Assembly: GCA_965262115.1 (NCBI GenBank)
Contig: OZ253496.1
Coordinates: 960,001 to 1,024,000, forward strand
DNA: 64,000 bases
Source: Nitrospinales bacterium
GTDB lineage: Bacteria > Nitrospinota > Nitrospinia > Nitrospinales > VA-1
Direction of reading: 5' to 3'
Shown: in pieces, positions 54,004 to 64,000 of the stretch
How the letters are laid out: the number at the start of each line of letters is the position of its first letter
Numbering within the stretch: the first letter of the stretch is position 1
Translations under genes and position numbers: made by a program
The notes under the pieces: model-generated
What the model was told of the DNA's origin: nothing
Databases searched by the model: none
Seen by the model: the letters and a program-made list of their open reading frames with translations, nothing else

Positions 54004-54532
54004 ATGGAAAACGAAGAAACCAAACACGAAGCCCAAAAACAAACATCCCAAAAAGAAAACCCCCCGACCCTGGAAAGCTTTGCGTCTGAACTGGAAACCA
54101 TTCAGGCAGATCTTCGAAAAAGGAAGAGTGAAACCACCACACTGAAAATTCTTTTCTATACAGGTCTTGCGGTTTTACTATTCGGTTTCATCTATACCAA
54201 TCAGACCCTGCAGATATACCAATCAGACCCTGCAGAGAGCCCAATACCGAAGTCTCGAATCAAACATCCGCCTTTTACAGAACCGGGTGAATCACACCCT
54301 GCTTTCACTGGAAAGAAAGCTGCATAATGAAATTCAAGGTCTTGATGCAAAAATAAAAGGGACATCAGGCTTTCACGAAAGAATCCAAAGCATGAACCGA
54401 GCTCTGGATCAACTTGAGACCCGATCCACTCCCGTGGGCATTTTGATCGAAAAGGTTCAGAGAAACTCTAATGAACTGAGCCAAATGGTGCGAGCCCTTG
54501 AAGTCCAGAAAGAAATACTTGCAGTTGAATGA
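54004..54532 (+). pseudogene. Single-TM coiled-coil protein frameshifted by a 22-nt tandem duplication
   Basis: TATACCAATCAGACCCTGCAGA at 54193-54214 and 54215-54236; removing one copy gives one 168-aa ORF. Confidence 0.88.
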
Positions 54533-54545
54533 CCTCCCAACCCAA

Positions 54546-55490
54546 TCAAGTCAGTTCAAAAACCTTTTCTATTTTTTCACAATGTTCGGGGGACGGTTGC
54601 CAACCCACCGCTTTCAAGTTTTCTTTCACCTGATCGGGATTTTTCACACCCACCAAAGCCGTTGTGAGTCCCTCCTGCCTCAACACCCAGTTGATCGCGG
54701 TCTGGCCGCAGGTTTTGCCCTCTTCATCAGCGATTTCTTTTAACCGGTCCACCTTTTCAATATTCCTGACAAATCCTTCCCCCGTAAAAGTGCCAATGAT
54801 TCCCTTGCTCCGCCAGTCTTTAAACTTCGTATCCTTGTCATACTTGCCGGTCAGGACTCCTGATGACAGAGGACTGTATGCGATGATTCCGATATCATTT
54901 TCCAGGCACAGAGGAACCGTTTCCTTTTGGATGTCGCGCGCCAGCAAACTGAACTCCGGTTGTAGTGACACAATTTTTCCGTATTGAAGACAGTCTTTGA
55001 TCTGTTGGGCCGAGTAATTGCTGACCCCGATATGACGGATCTTGCCTTTTTCCTGAATCTCCAACAGGGTTTCCATAGTCTCTTTCTGATCCGTTTCCAC
55101 ATCGGGCCAATGAACCTGATAAAGGTCGATCACGTCCGTCTCCAGACGTTTCAAACTCTGGTCAATTTCTTCCAGAATAGAAGTTCTGCTGGCGTCCTTG
55201 CGGAGCGAGCTTAAGGATTTCTTATCCCACCGTAATCCACATTTGGTGGCAAGAATCACTTTATCCCTGAGCGGTTTCAGGGCTTTCCCAATCAACTCCT
55301 CAGAATGGCCAAAACCATAAACTGGGGCCGTATCAAAAAAATTAATACTCAGGTCATACGCCTTCCTGATGGAATCCAGCGATTTCCCATCGCCCTCATT
55401 ATTCCAGAAGGGCGCTCCACCTATCCCCCACGCACCAAAACCAATCACCGACACTTCAAGATCACTGCTTCCCAGTTTTCTGTATTCCAT
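54546..55490 (-). CDS. Aldo/keto reductase
   Basis: GFGAWGIGG, DTAPVYGFGHSE, ATKCG, DLYQVHWPD, IGVSNY, YSPL. Confidence 0.95.
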   Translation of the reverse strand: MEYRKLGSSDLEVSVIGFGAWGIGGAPFWNNEGDGKSLDSIRKAYDLSINFFDTAPVYGFGHSEELIGKALKPLRDKVILATKCGLRWDKKSLSSLRKDASRTSILEEIDQSLKRLETDVIDLYQVHWPDVETDQKETMETLLEIQEKGKIRHIGVSNYSAQQIKDCLQYGKIVSLQPEFSLLARDIQKETVPLCLENDIGIIAYSPLSSGVLTGKYDKDTKFKDWRSKGIIGTFTGEGFVRNIEKVDRLKEIADEEGKTCGQTAINWVLRQEGLTTALVGVKNPDQVKENLKAVGWQPSPEHCEKIEKVFELT

Positions 55491-55656
55491 ATTCTCGTTG
55501 AGTTTAAATTTAAGGTTTCAGGTTTTCTCGCAAAAACCATTTCGCATTATTAAGGTTACTCATTATAATCGTAAAGACACCTCTAAAAATCAGAACCTTT
55601 ATGCTTTGACAGTTTTTAGAGGCTTTTTTAATTATAGCAGTCCAAACGCTGAAAAC

Positions 55657-57381
55657 ATGAAATCCCTTGCAAGAGTACTGAGTTATTTAAAACCTTATCG
55701 AAAAGGGGTAGCGATGACGCTGTCTTTAGCCATCGCCACCACCCTCCTGGATCTCGTCCCACCCTGGCTGATTAAACTGATTGTCGACAGCCTGGTCGAA
55801 GGCGGAGAATCCTTATGGATATACGGACCCATAGCCGGTTTGGCAGGTATTTATCTGGCGCGGAACTTCACCAATCACCGGCGCATCATGACCAACAACA
55901 AAGTCGAGCAGGATGTAGTGTTCGATTTAAGGTCAGACGTTTATCGTGCGTTGCAGAATTTATCCTTGAACTATTTTGAAAATAGCTCCACCGGCGAGTT
56001 GATGTCCCGCGCCAACGATGATGTGACCTATGTCGAGCGAATTTTTATTGATGGCGTGGAGCAGGTCGTGACCGCGATCCTGACCCTGATCGGGATTTGC
56101 ATCATACTTTTTTTTATGCATTGGAAACTGGCCCTGGTGGCCCTGCTTCCCATTCCTTTCCTGGCTTATGGCGCATGGATCTATACCGCCAAGGCCCACG
56201 ACCAGTATCATGTTGTGCGCAAGCGGGCCGCGAAAATGAATGCTAAGTTGCAGGACTCCATTTCAGGAATCCGCGAAACACTTTCTTTTAACCGCCAGCT
56301 TCATGAAGTCAAGCAATTTGAGAAACGCAGTCGGGATTATTGCTATGGGACTTTGGAAGTCATGCGGTTGTGGGCCTTCTACTCCCCGACCATGATGTTT
56401 CTTGGATCTCTCGGCACAGTTCTGATCCTCCTGTATGGAGTGGGGCTGGTACAGGCCGAGGATATCACCGTTGGTTCCCTGATCGCTTTCGTAGGCTACT
56501 TGGCATTATTTTATACGCCGATCAACCAATTGCATTCGGTCAACCACATGCTTCAGCACGCACTGGCTTCCGGCGAACGGTTGTTTGAGATCATCGACAC
56601 CGTGCCCGAAGTGCAAGAGATGCCAAATGCGATTCTCCCCTCTACCAATGTTCGGGGCACGATTCAATTTAACCGGGTGGACTTTTCATACATCCCGGGC
56701 AAACCCGTCCTTCAAGACGTTGACTTCACCATTGCCGCCGGAGAAAAGATAGCTCTGGTTGGTCATACCGGCAGTGGCAAATCCACCATGGTTAAACTGC
56801 TCATGCGGTTTTATGATGTCCAGTCAGGAGCCATTCTCATTGACGGTCACCGAATAAAAGACCTGAAGCTTTCTTATCTCCGCGAACAGATCGGGCTGGT
56901 CGCGCAAGATCCGTTCCTGTTTAATGGCACAGTGGCAGAAAACATCCTTTACGGGAACATCGAAGCCGACCGGGATCAGGTCATTTCAGCCGCTGTCGCA
57001 GCACACGCCGACCCCTTTATAAAAAATCTACCTGAGGGATACGACACCATGGTCGGAGAACGGGGGGTCAAACTTTCTGAAGGGGAAAAACACCGCATCG
57101 CCATCGCCCGGACTTTTCTGAAAAATCCGCCGATCCTGATACTGGACGAAGCCACATCATCAGTGGACACTGAAACCGAGAGCCATATCAAACAAGCTCT
57201 GGACACGTTGATGGCAGGGCGTACCACTCTGAGTGTTGCGCATCGTTTGTCAACTCTGGAAGGGGCAGACCGTGTTCTGGTCATGAAACAAGGAGAACTG
57301 GTTGAAACAGGAGTGCACGATACCTTGATCACTACCGACTCAGAATACGCGCAACTGTTTCGCCAACAGGTCCACCTCTAA
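55657..57381 (+). CDS. ABC exporter, fused permease/ATPase (MsbA/MdlA-like)
   Basis: TM domain, GHTGSGKST, Q-loop, LILDEATSSVD, AHRLST; variant signature LSEGE; start at ATG 55657. Confidence 0.93.
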   Translation: MKSLARVLSYLKPYRKGVAMTLSLAIATTLLDLVPPWLIKLIVDSLVEGGESLWIYGPIAGLAGIYLARNFTNHRRIMTNNKVEQDVVFDLRSDVYRALQNLSLNYFENSSTGELMSRANDDVTYVERIFIDGVEQVVTAILTLIGICIILFFMHWKLALVALLPIPFLAYGAWIYTAKAHDQYHVVRKRAAKMNAKLQDSISGIRETLSFNRQLHEVKQFEKRSRDYCYGTLEVMRLWAFYSPTMMFLGSLGTVLILLYGVGLVQAEDITVGSLIAFVGYLALFYTPINQLHSVNHMLQHALASGERLFEIIDTVPEVQEMPNAILPSTNVRGTIQFNRVDFSYIPGKPVLQDVDFTIAAGEKIALVGHTGSGKSTMVKLLMRFYDVQSGAILIDGHRIKDLKLSYLREQIGLVAQDPFLFNGTVAENILYGNIEADRDQVISAAVAAHADPFIKNLPEGYDTMVGERGVKLSEGEKHRIAIARTFLKNPPILILDEATSSVDTETESHIKQALDTLMAGRTTLSVAHRLSTLEGADRVLVMKQGELVETGVHDTLITTDSEYAQLFRQQVHL

Positions 57382-57461
57382 GCAGAGGACCTCCGCTGGT
57401 AACTAGCAATAGCTTTTCAAAGCTAACAACAATTCTTCTCGGCTTAAAATGTTCTTGCTAT
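57382..57461. repeat. Modular repeat directly after the ABC transporter stop
   Basis: GCAGAGGACCTCCGCTGGTAACTA-GCAATAGCTTTTCAAAGCTAACAACAATTCTTCTCGGCTTAAAATGTTCTTGCT. Confidence 0.8.
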
Positions 57462-57749
57462 CCACCTTCTCTGAATTCATAATAAACCCTAGGAAGTGAA
57501 GCTAATCCGGGATCATCGTGGATCAGACCCTCAATGTCTGCATAGTAAAAATATTCTTGTTTTACGTCCAAAACCTTAGGCCTCCACTTTCAGATGGCTC
57601 AATGAAAAACCAGAAAACATTTTATTTTTAATAGTTTGCGCTAATAAACACCGGAAAAATCCCCCAATATTACTTATCATTCTTGTAAATGTAATTTAAA
57701 AAGGCAAAAAAATGCGGGGCTCTTCATTCCTGATTTCTCGGAGGTAAAA

Positions 57750-58718
57750 TCAGGTTCCTTCCTCAATAACTTTTCCCATTTCACGGAATTTCTTCTCTCT
57801 CAACTGGGTCAACTCAACCAAAGGAACCTGGGTCAAGCGGTCAAGATTTTTTCTAAGGGATTTTTTCAAACGTATAGCGGCCTGTTTATGGTTACGGTGG
57901 GCGCCGCCAAGAGGTTCGCGAATAATTTCATCAATCACCTTAAATTTCAAGAGGTCACTCGCGGTGATACACAGTGCATCAGCCGCCTGCGAGGTTTTTC
58001 CTTTGTCGCCCCAAAGAATGGAAGCGCAACCTTCAGGCGAGATCACCGAATATACAGAATGTTCAAACATCATAATATGATCGCCAACCCCAATTGCTAA
58101 AGCACCGCCGGATCCTCCCTCTCCAATCACCACGCAGATGATGGGAATCTTCAATTGAATGATACTGAACATATTGGTGGCGATCGCTTCAGACTGCCCC
58201 TTTTCTTCGGCATCAACACCGGGATAAGCTCCCGGCGTGTCGATAAAGGTAATAACAGGCATATTGAATTTTTCCGCCATTCGCATTAACCGAAGAGCTT
58301 TTCTGTATCCCGCCGGTTGGGACATGCCAAAGTTCCGTCTTATTTTTTCTTTGATCTCCCTTCCCTTCTGGTGCCCCACTACCATCACGGATCTTCCATC
58401 AAACTTTGCCAGCCCCGCAACAATAGAAGGGCCATAACCTCCGTGACGGTCACCATGAAGCTCAAAAAAATCCTCAAAGATCAGGTTCAAATAATCCAGA
58501 GTGTAAGGCCTGTCAGGATGTCTCGCCACCAAGGTTTTATCCCACCCCTTCAGGTTGGAATACACCTCATACTTCATTCGACGCAGCTTTTTTTTGAGCT
58601 TGGCGATCTCATGAGTGATATCGCCAACACTATCATACATGTGGGACATGGAAACCAGGTCATGGATCTGGGTCTCCAAGGCAAAAATCTCGCGCTCAAA
58701 CTCTAGAATATGTACCAT
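57750..58718 (-). CDS. accA: Acetyl-CoA carboxylase carboxyltransferase alpha subunit
   Basis: ARHPDRPYTLDY, GYRKALRLM, IDTPGAYPG, GEGGSGGALA, SVISPEGCASIL. Confidence 0.97.
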   Translation of the reverse strand: MVHILEFEREIFALETQIHDLVSMSHMYDSVGDITHEIAKLKKKLRRMKYEVYSNLKGWDKTLVARHPDRPYTLDYLNLIFEDFFELHGDRHGGYGPSIVAGLAKFDGRSVMVVGHQKGREIKEKIRRNFGMSQPAGYRKALRLMRMAEKFNMPVITFIDTPGAYPGVDAEEKGQSEAIATNMFSIIQLKIPIICVVIGEGGSGGALAIGVGDHIMMFEHSVYSVISPEGCASILWGDKGKTSQAADALCITASDLLKFKVIDEIIREPLGGAHRNHKQAAIRLKKSLRKNLDRLTQVPLVELTQLREKKFREMGKVIEEGT

Positions 58719-58836
58719 ATTTGATATGAAGTTTTTTTAAATAAGGATTTAATTTTCAATATTTTAACATAAAGCAAAGTTTGCATCCATCCGCCGCTTC
58801 TTCCTTGGGAAGAGTATTCAGGACGCCGTGAACATA

Positions 58837-59904
58837 TCAGTAGAAACCGAAGATAGGATGAATCAGGTTTTTGAGGTTTTCAGACTCATTCAACGCACGG
58901 GCTCCCTCGGTGCCAATTTTATTCTGCCCCAGCTTTAAGGATTCGAGGTTTGCCAAACGCTGAGATTCGGCTATCGCACGAGCTCCTGCATCCCCGATAC
59001 GATTAAAGTTTAAATTCAGCTTCTTTAGTCTCTCAAAGTTTTTGGATCCTGCCAGTGCTTGGGCTCCCGCATCAGAAATATTATTTTTCGAAAGGTCCAA
59101 AGAAACTAAACTTTTTAATTTTTCAGATTGCGAAAGGGCGATCACCGCCTCATCGTTCAAATCATTATTTCTCAAATCCAGAGTCTCCAACTCCGAGATA
59201 AAAGGAAAGTCCAGCAATACCATAACCCCAAAGTTCCCAATCAGCGCCTTACCCACTTGGTTAAACCGGTTGTTGCGGTGAAGATCTTTAAACCATTCCA
59301 TCAACTGGAAACGCTTCCAAGCCTGTTTGCCGCTTTTTTCAATCGGGTTATAGGCTAACTGGATATTATGAAGCTGGCGTAACTTTTTTGAACGCGTGAG
59401 CTCAATAGCTCCGGACCCCCTAATCTGATTATAGTTCAGGTTCAACTCTATCAATTGAGTCAGGGTATCCGAGTTTGCAATAGCCTTGGCACCCTCATCG
59501 GTGATCCGGTTATGATAAAGGTTGAGGATTTTCAGGTTGGAAAAATTCCTGGAACTCGCAATGATCTCCACGCCCTTATCGGTTATGAAATTATGCTCCA
59601 GATACAGGGCCTCCAGGTTTTTCAGATTGGGAGATTCGGCCAAGGCACGAATGCCTTCATCGCTGATATGGACTTTATACAAAACCAGAGTCCTGACAGA
59701 ACGAACTAATGGAGATTGGGCCAAAATGGCCAAACCCGAATCACCCAGATTCTTCTCGTTAATTCGGAGGGTCTTGTCATTACGCTTAAGTTTTTTCTGG
59801 ATGTACTTCTCGACAGCTGTTCCAGACATCGGTGGAAAAACAGCACCCAAGGTAAAAACAGACAAAAGGGCAAGGATCAAAGCACGCCCACAGAGTTTAA
59901 ACAT
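58837..59904 (-). CDS. Exported leucine-rich repeat protein (RI-like/GALA-like repeats)
   Basis: Signal peptide; repeated LxxLxLxxNxIxDxGAxAIAxS units of ~28 aa. Confidence 0.9.
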   Translation of the reverse strand: MFKLCGRALILALLSVFTLGAVFPPMSGTAVEKYIQKKLKRNDKTLRINEKNLGDSGLAILAQSPLVRSVRTLVLYKVHISDEGIRALAESPNLKNLEALYLEHNFITDKGVEIIASSRNFSNLKILNLYHNRITDEGAKAIANSDTLTQLIELNLNYNQIRGSGAIELTRSKKLRQLHNIQLAYNPIEKSGKQAWKRFQLMEWFKDLHRNNRFNQVGKALIGNFGVMVLLDFPFISELETLDLRNNDLNDEAVIALSQSEKLKSLVSLDLSKNNISDAGAQALAGSKNFERLKKLNLNFNRIGDAGARAIAESQRLANLESLKLGQNKIGTEGARALNESENLKNLIHPIFGFY

Positions 59905-59959
59905 AATCTATAACTTTAAATAAAAACAGTTTCTTAAGAACAACGCGGATATAAGTATT

Positions 59960-60988
59960 TTAACGGGAGGACGGGTTATTTTCAATTTCGTTTAATCGCG
60001 TTTCCAGGTCACGAATTTTACTGGCCAATTCTGGAAGTTTTGGCAAAACGGTCACATATTTTTTCCACTCGCCCAGGGGAACCGCAGGATGTCCTCCATA
60101 AACCTTGTGACTTTCAATATTGCGGAACGTGCCCGACTGAGCCGTGAGGGTGACCTGGTCACCGAGCGTGACATGATCGGCGACGCCCACCTGCCCCGCA
60201 AGCACCACATGATGGCCCAGGGTACAGCTCCCAGCCAACCCCACCTGGGCAACCAGAATGGAGTGTTCCCCCACCGTACAGTTATGAGCTACCTGAACCA
60301 GATTATCTATTTTAGTTCCTTGTTTGATGAGCGTGGTGCCTATTGCCGCCCGATCCACACAACTGTTTGCCCCAATCTCGACATCATCTTCAATCACCAC
60401 CCGGCCGATTTGGTTGATTTTATAATGCGCTCCTTTCTCATCGAGGGTATAGCCAAAACCATCAGCCCCGATCACCACCCCGGCATGAAGAATCACACGG
60501 CTCCCCAATTCCGTATTGCGGTAAAGCGTGACATTCGGGTGAAGGATGGTATGGCTACCAATCCGGCAACGGTCGCCGACAACCACTCCCGGATATAAAT
60601 GGGCATGGTCCGCAATCTCCACATCATCCCCGATACACACTCCAGCGGATAGAGTGACCTGCTCACCGAGTTTAACGTTTTTGCCGACCACCGCCCGGTC
60701 ATGAACACCCGGTTTGGGTTGCGGTTCAGGATGAAACTCCCTCAGCAAACGTGCAAAGGCAAGCTCTGGACTGGCAACGATAATCTGGGGAACAGAAGTA
60801 TCTACTGCTGCCTTCACCAGTACAGCCGAGGCTTGGGAACGATTCAATAACTCAAGAAATATTTTTTTACTGAGGAAGGTGATCTGTCCTGCATCAGCGT
60901 GCTCGATACCCCGGATTCCAGATATCTCAAGCGAGCCATCGCCTTTTAATTTTCCTCCAACCAATTCAGCGATCTTTTCCAGCTTCAT
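59960..60988 (-). CDS. lpxD: UDP-3-O-acylglucosamine N-acyltransferase
   Basis: Hexapeptide repeats, IGADGFGY, TKIDNLVQVAHN. Confidence 0.97.
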   Translation of the reverse strand: MKLEKIAELVGGKLKGDGSLEISGIRGIEHADAGQITFLSKKIFLELLNRSQASAVLVKAAVDTSVPQIIVASPELAFARLLREFHPEPQPKPGVHDRAVVGKNVKLGEQVTLSAGVCIGDDVEIADHAHLYPGVVVGDRCRIGSHTILHPNVTLYRNTELGSRVILHAGVVIGADGFGYTLDEKGAHYKINQIGRVVIEDDVEIGANSCVDRAAIGTTLIKQGTKIDNLVQVAHNCTVGEHSILVAQVGLAGSCTLGHHVVLAGQVGVADHVTLGDQVTLTAQSGTFRNIESHKVYGGHPAVPLGEWKKYVTVLPKLPELASKIRDLETRLNEIENNPSSR

Positions 60989-61020
60989 GGCTTCCCCTTT
61001 TTTTAAATTCAATCCGGCTT

Positions 61021-61746
61021 TTAAATGACCAGACTCTGACTGGTAGGGCCGACTTTTCCATCGACCAGCTCCATCACTCGATCCAGTTTCCCGGCGACTC
61101 TCTGGCTGTGTGTGACAATTACAAAAGTCTGGTTAAATTCCTGGTTCAGTTTTCGGATCAATTCTATCAACTGATCACTGGCATGATAGTCCAGATTCCC
61201 CGTTGGTTCATCAGCTAAAAGCAGGTCGGGCTGATTGATAAGTCCTCTTGCAAGAGCCACGCGCTGGATTTCTCCTCCCGACAGTTCGCCGGGCTTGTGG
61301 TGCATCCGATCCTTCATGCCCACTTCGCACAACAAGTATTCAGCCCACTCTTTGGCCAAACGCCTGTCCTGATTGCGGATCAAAGCCGGAAACATAGCAT
61401 TTTCCAATGCGGAAAAATCGGGCAATAAATTGAAAAACTGGAACACAAAACCAATATGGGCATTGCGGAAGTTTTCCAAATAACCATTGGACTGTTTATA
61501 AATATCTTTTCCCTGAAACAGGACGCTTCCCGTTAACGGTTTGTCGAGACCACCCAGGACATGGAGAAGGGTGCTCTTACCCACCCCTGACGCACCGACA
61601 ATTCCCAACACTTCCCCTGGCAAAACCTGAAGGCTCGTCTGGTCAAGAACATGAATCACCTCGCGCGGAGTCGAATAGCTTTTATCGACATTAACCGCTT
61701 CGATCAAGCATTTTTGTTCTGTCTTACCGGGATTCAAGTCACTCAT
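61021..61746 (-). CDS. lolD: Lipoprotein-releasing ABC ATPase
   Basis: GASGVGKST, GFVFQFFNLL, LSGGEIQRVALAR, ADEPTGNLD; follows lolE-type permease. Confidence 0.93.
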   Translation of the reverse strand: MSDLNPGKTEQKCLIEAVNVDKSYSTPREVIHVLDQTSLQVLPGEVLGIVGASGVGKSTLLHVLGGLDKPLTGSVLFQGKDIYKQSNGYLENFRNAHIGFVFQFFNLLPDFSALENAMFPALIRNQDRRLAKEWAEYLLCEVGMKDRMHHKPGELSGGEIQRVALARGLINQPDLLLADEPTGNLDYHASDQLIELIRKLNQEFNQTFVIVTHSQRVAGKLDRVMELVDGKVGPTSQSLVI

Positions 61747-63007
61747 AGCGCAAACCTTCCACAGGGTCCATCCGGGAAGCTCTCCAAGCCGGATACAGCG
61801 AGGCCACAAAACAAATGATAATAGAGAAGATAACGATGAAAAACGAATCGAGATACTGAATTTCTGAAGGAAGCTTGTCCAGATAATACACATCGCTGGG
61901 AAACGCGGTGAACCCAAAAATATTTTCGATGACACCAACAATCTCATTCAGGTTCGGCACAACCGTAAAACCACCAACGCAACCAATCGCTGTCCCGACG
62001 ACGCCAATAATCAGGCCCTGATAACTGAAGATTTTCATAATGCTGGATCGGGAAGCCCCCATGGATTTCAGAATGGCAATTTCCTTGCTCTTTTCCATAA
62101 CCACCATAAACAAGGTACTGACAATATTAAAAGCAGCCACCAGAATAATCAGGATCAGGATAATGAACATCACAATTTTTTCCAGGCGTAATGCGGAAAA
62201 TAAATTTTTGTTCATCTTCATCCAGTCTCTTGCGTAATAGGGAAACCCAAGATTGTCCTGAATTTCCGCAGCCACCTGATCTGCCCTCTCAATATCTTCC
62301 ACTTGAATCTCAATGCCGCTGACCTTTCCCTTCATGGCGAAAAATTTTTGCGCCGAGCGTATGGAAATAAAAGCCAGGTTAGAATCGTATTCGAACATTC
62401 CCGACTCAAAAAAACCCACCACCTGAAATAATTTGATTTTAGGGATCAGGCCCATAGGCGTCACTCTAGATGCGGGAGAAACCATCGCCACGGCATCATC
62501 GCGTTGCACCCCCAGCCGGTGTGCCAATTCCTTACCGAGGATGATCCCATCCCGATGGCGTTTTCCGGAAGAGCTTTCCGGGTCTTCCAGCATTTTTAAG
62601 CTTCCTTGCACCAGGTTTTTTTCCAGATCAGAAACTTCGGCCTCCCGGACTGGATCCACTCCGCGAACCACCACCCCTGCGCTATTGCTCCCATAGGTCA
62701 GCATCACCTGACTCAGGATGAACGGAGCCGCGGCATTCACACCTTCGATCTGCGCTATTTTTTCAATGATAACTTCGTAATCCTCCATGCCGGTTCGGCT
62801 TATATTGGTGACCACAACGTGGCTGTTGGTTCCCAGGATTTTATCCCGCAAGTCTTTGCCGAATCCGGACATGACAGCAATAACAATAATCAGCGCCATG
62901 ACGCCAAGAGCAACCCCGCCAACGGAGATCCAGGTATTGAGCGAAATAAATTTCTGGGTACGCTTGGCCTTGAGGTGGCGCAGGCTGACGAAAAGTTCGT
63001 AGGACAT
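61739..63007 (-). CDS. lolE: Lipoprotein-releasing ABC permease LolC/E
   Basis: GVALGVMALIIVIAVMSGF, VAAFNIVSTL, EIAILKSMGA, YPAWRAS..P.EGLRYE. Confidence 0.93.
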   Translation of the reverse strand: MSYELFVSLRHLKAKRTQKFISLNTWISVGGVALGVMALIIVIAVMSGFGKDLRDKILGTNSHVVVTNISRTGMEDYEVIIEKIAQIEGVNAAAPFILSQVMLTYGSNSAGVVVRGVDPVREAEVSDLEKNLVQGSLKMLEDPESSSGKRHRDGIILGKELAHRLGVQRDDAVAMVSPASRVTPMGLIPKIKLFQVVGFFESGMFEYDSNLAFISIRSAQKFFAMKGKVSGIEIQVEDIERADQVAAEIQDNLGFPYYARDWMKMNKNLFSALRLEKIVMFIILILIILVAAFNIVSTLFMVVMEKSKEIAILKSMGASRSSIMKIFSYQGLIIGVVGTAIGCVGGFTVVPNLNEIVGVIENIFGFTAFPSDVYYLDKLPSEIQYLDSFFIVIFSIIICFVASLYPAWRASRMDPVEGLRYE

Positions 63008-63048
63008 ATCAGGAATGAATCAATAAATGACCGGTTTGTTTTCCCGAA

Positions 63049-64000
63049 TCAGGATTCTTTTTTCAATTGCGGGAAAAGGATAACATCTCTTATGGACGGG
63101 CTATTGGTCAACAGCATGACCAAGCGGTCGATCCCTATGCCTTCCCCGGCCGTGGGTGGCATGCCATATTCAAGAGCTCGGATAAAGTCGTGATCCATCC
63201 AATGGGCCTCTTCATCGCCCGCCTGGCGTTCAGCAACTTGCTCTTCAAATCTTTGTTTCTGATCTATCGGGTCATTCAACTCGGTATAGGCGTTAGCAAT
63301 TTCTTTTCTGCCTATAAAAAGTTCAAACCGCTCCACCAGGCTCGAGTCGTTTTCCTTTTTCTTGGAGAGCGGAGAGAGCTGAATGGGGTAATCGGTGATG
63401 AATATCGGCTGAACAAGCTTGGGTTCGACAAAGTGGTCAAACAGTTTAGCCAGAATTTTCACATGGTGATCCTTCTTCTCGATAGAGACCTTGTTCTCCA
63501 AAGCAAACGCGACCGCTTTTTGTGGATCATCGAGAATTTCTTCCTCAACCCCACCGATTTCTATCAGCGATTGCCGAAAGGTACAACGCTTGAACGGCTG
63601 GGAAAAATCTATCGTCACTTCCTGGGTTTCCCCTCCTTCCTGCGAAGTATAAGGGAACTGATAATTATTTTCAGGAAACACCCGGTCGCAAATATAACGA
63701 AACAAATCTTCCGTCAGGTCCATCAAGTCATTGTAGTCGGCGTAAGCGGTATAAAACTCCACCATGGTAAATTCAGGGTTGTGCTCGGTGGAGATCCCCT
63801 CGTTTCTAAAATTTCTATTGATCTCATATACCCTTTCAATACCGCCCACCACCAGCCTTTTCAGGTACAACTCGGGAGCAACACGAAGAAACAAATCCAT
63901 ATCCAGAGCATTGTGGTGAGTCTTAAAGGGTTTTGCGGTAGCGCCCCCCGGTATTGACTGCATCATCGGGGTATCCACCTCCAGATACTGGCGTTCGTTC
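63049..64000 (-). CDS. lysS: Lysine--tRNA ligase (class II), 5' part outside window
   Basis: [46 protein letters not shown]. Confidence 0.98.
   Translation of the reverse strand, partial: NERQYLEVDTPMMQSIPGGATAKPFKTHHNALDMDLFLRVAPELYLKRLVVGGIERVYEINRNFRNEGISTEHNPEFTMVEFYTAYADYNDLMDLTEDLFRYICDRVFPENNYQFPYTSQEGGETQEVTIDFSQPFKRCTFRQSLIEIGGVEEEILDDPQKAVAFALENKVSIEKKDHHVKILAKLFDHFVEPKLVQPIFITDYPIQLSPLSKKKENDSSLVERFELFIGRKEIANAYTELNDPIDQKQRFEEQVAERQAGDEEAHWMDHDFIRALEYGMPPTAGEGIGIDRLVMLLTNSPSIRDVILFPQLKKES

Noticed and set aside
57458..57620. Possible HDOD-domain remnant on the minus strand (..ADIEGLIHDDPGLAS..)
   Set aside because: Only a short resemblance with stops and frameshifts around it; too weak to call without a profile search.

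Overview
Mostly core chromosome of a bacterium that looks like a Nitrospinota/Nitrospina relative (inferred from gene content and protein style, not from a marker gene). Housekeeping genes include smpB, ispA-dxs-hisB-hisH, nhaD, comF, argD-argF, tgt, sfsA, a nuoA-M complex I operon with nuoN displaced about 12 kb away on the opposite strand, recA-recX-pilD, accA and lysS-lolE-lolD-lpxD. I found no rRNA, tRNA or CRISPR array. Five things are not explained by the gene list. (1) A dispersed modular intergenic repeat family at 9 or more loci: a ~54-bp fixed-spacing core (GCAATAGC..GC..CAA..CGGCT..AA..TTGCT) capped by interchangeable GC-rich hairpins, which supplies the stop codons of four genes. 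(2) A compositionally mosaic, frameshifted autotransporter whose AT-rich Ig-like passenger lies between a GC-richer signal peptide and a GC-rich barrel, directly downstream of an internally deleted IS5-family element. (3) An AT-rich islet with a lipoprotein gene and a tyrosine-recombinase C-terminal remnant. (4) A two-heme-motif protein fused to an FGE/SUMF1-like domain. (5) Several independent gene lesions in accessory genes, suggesting genome erosion or assembly error. All calls are by-eye; no database searches were run.
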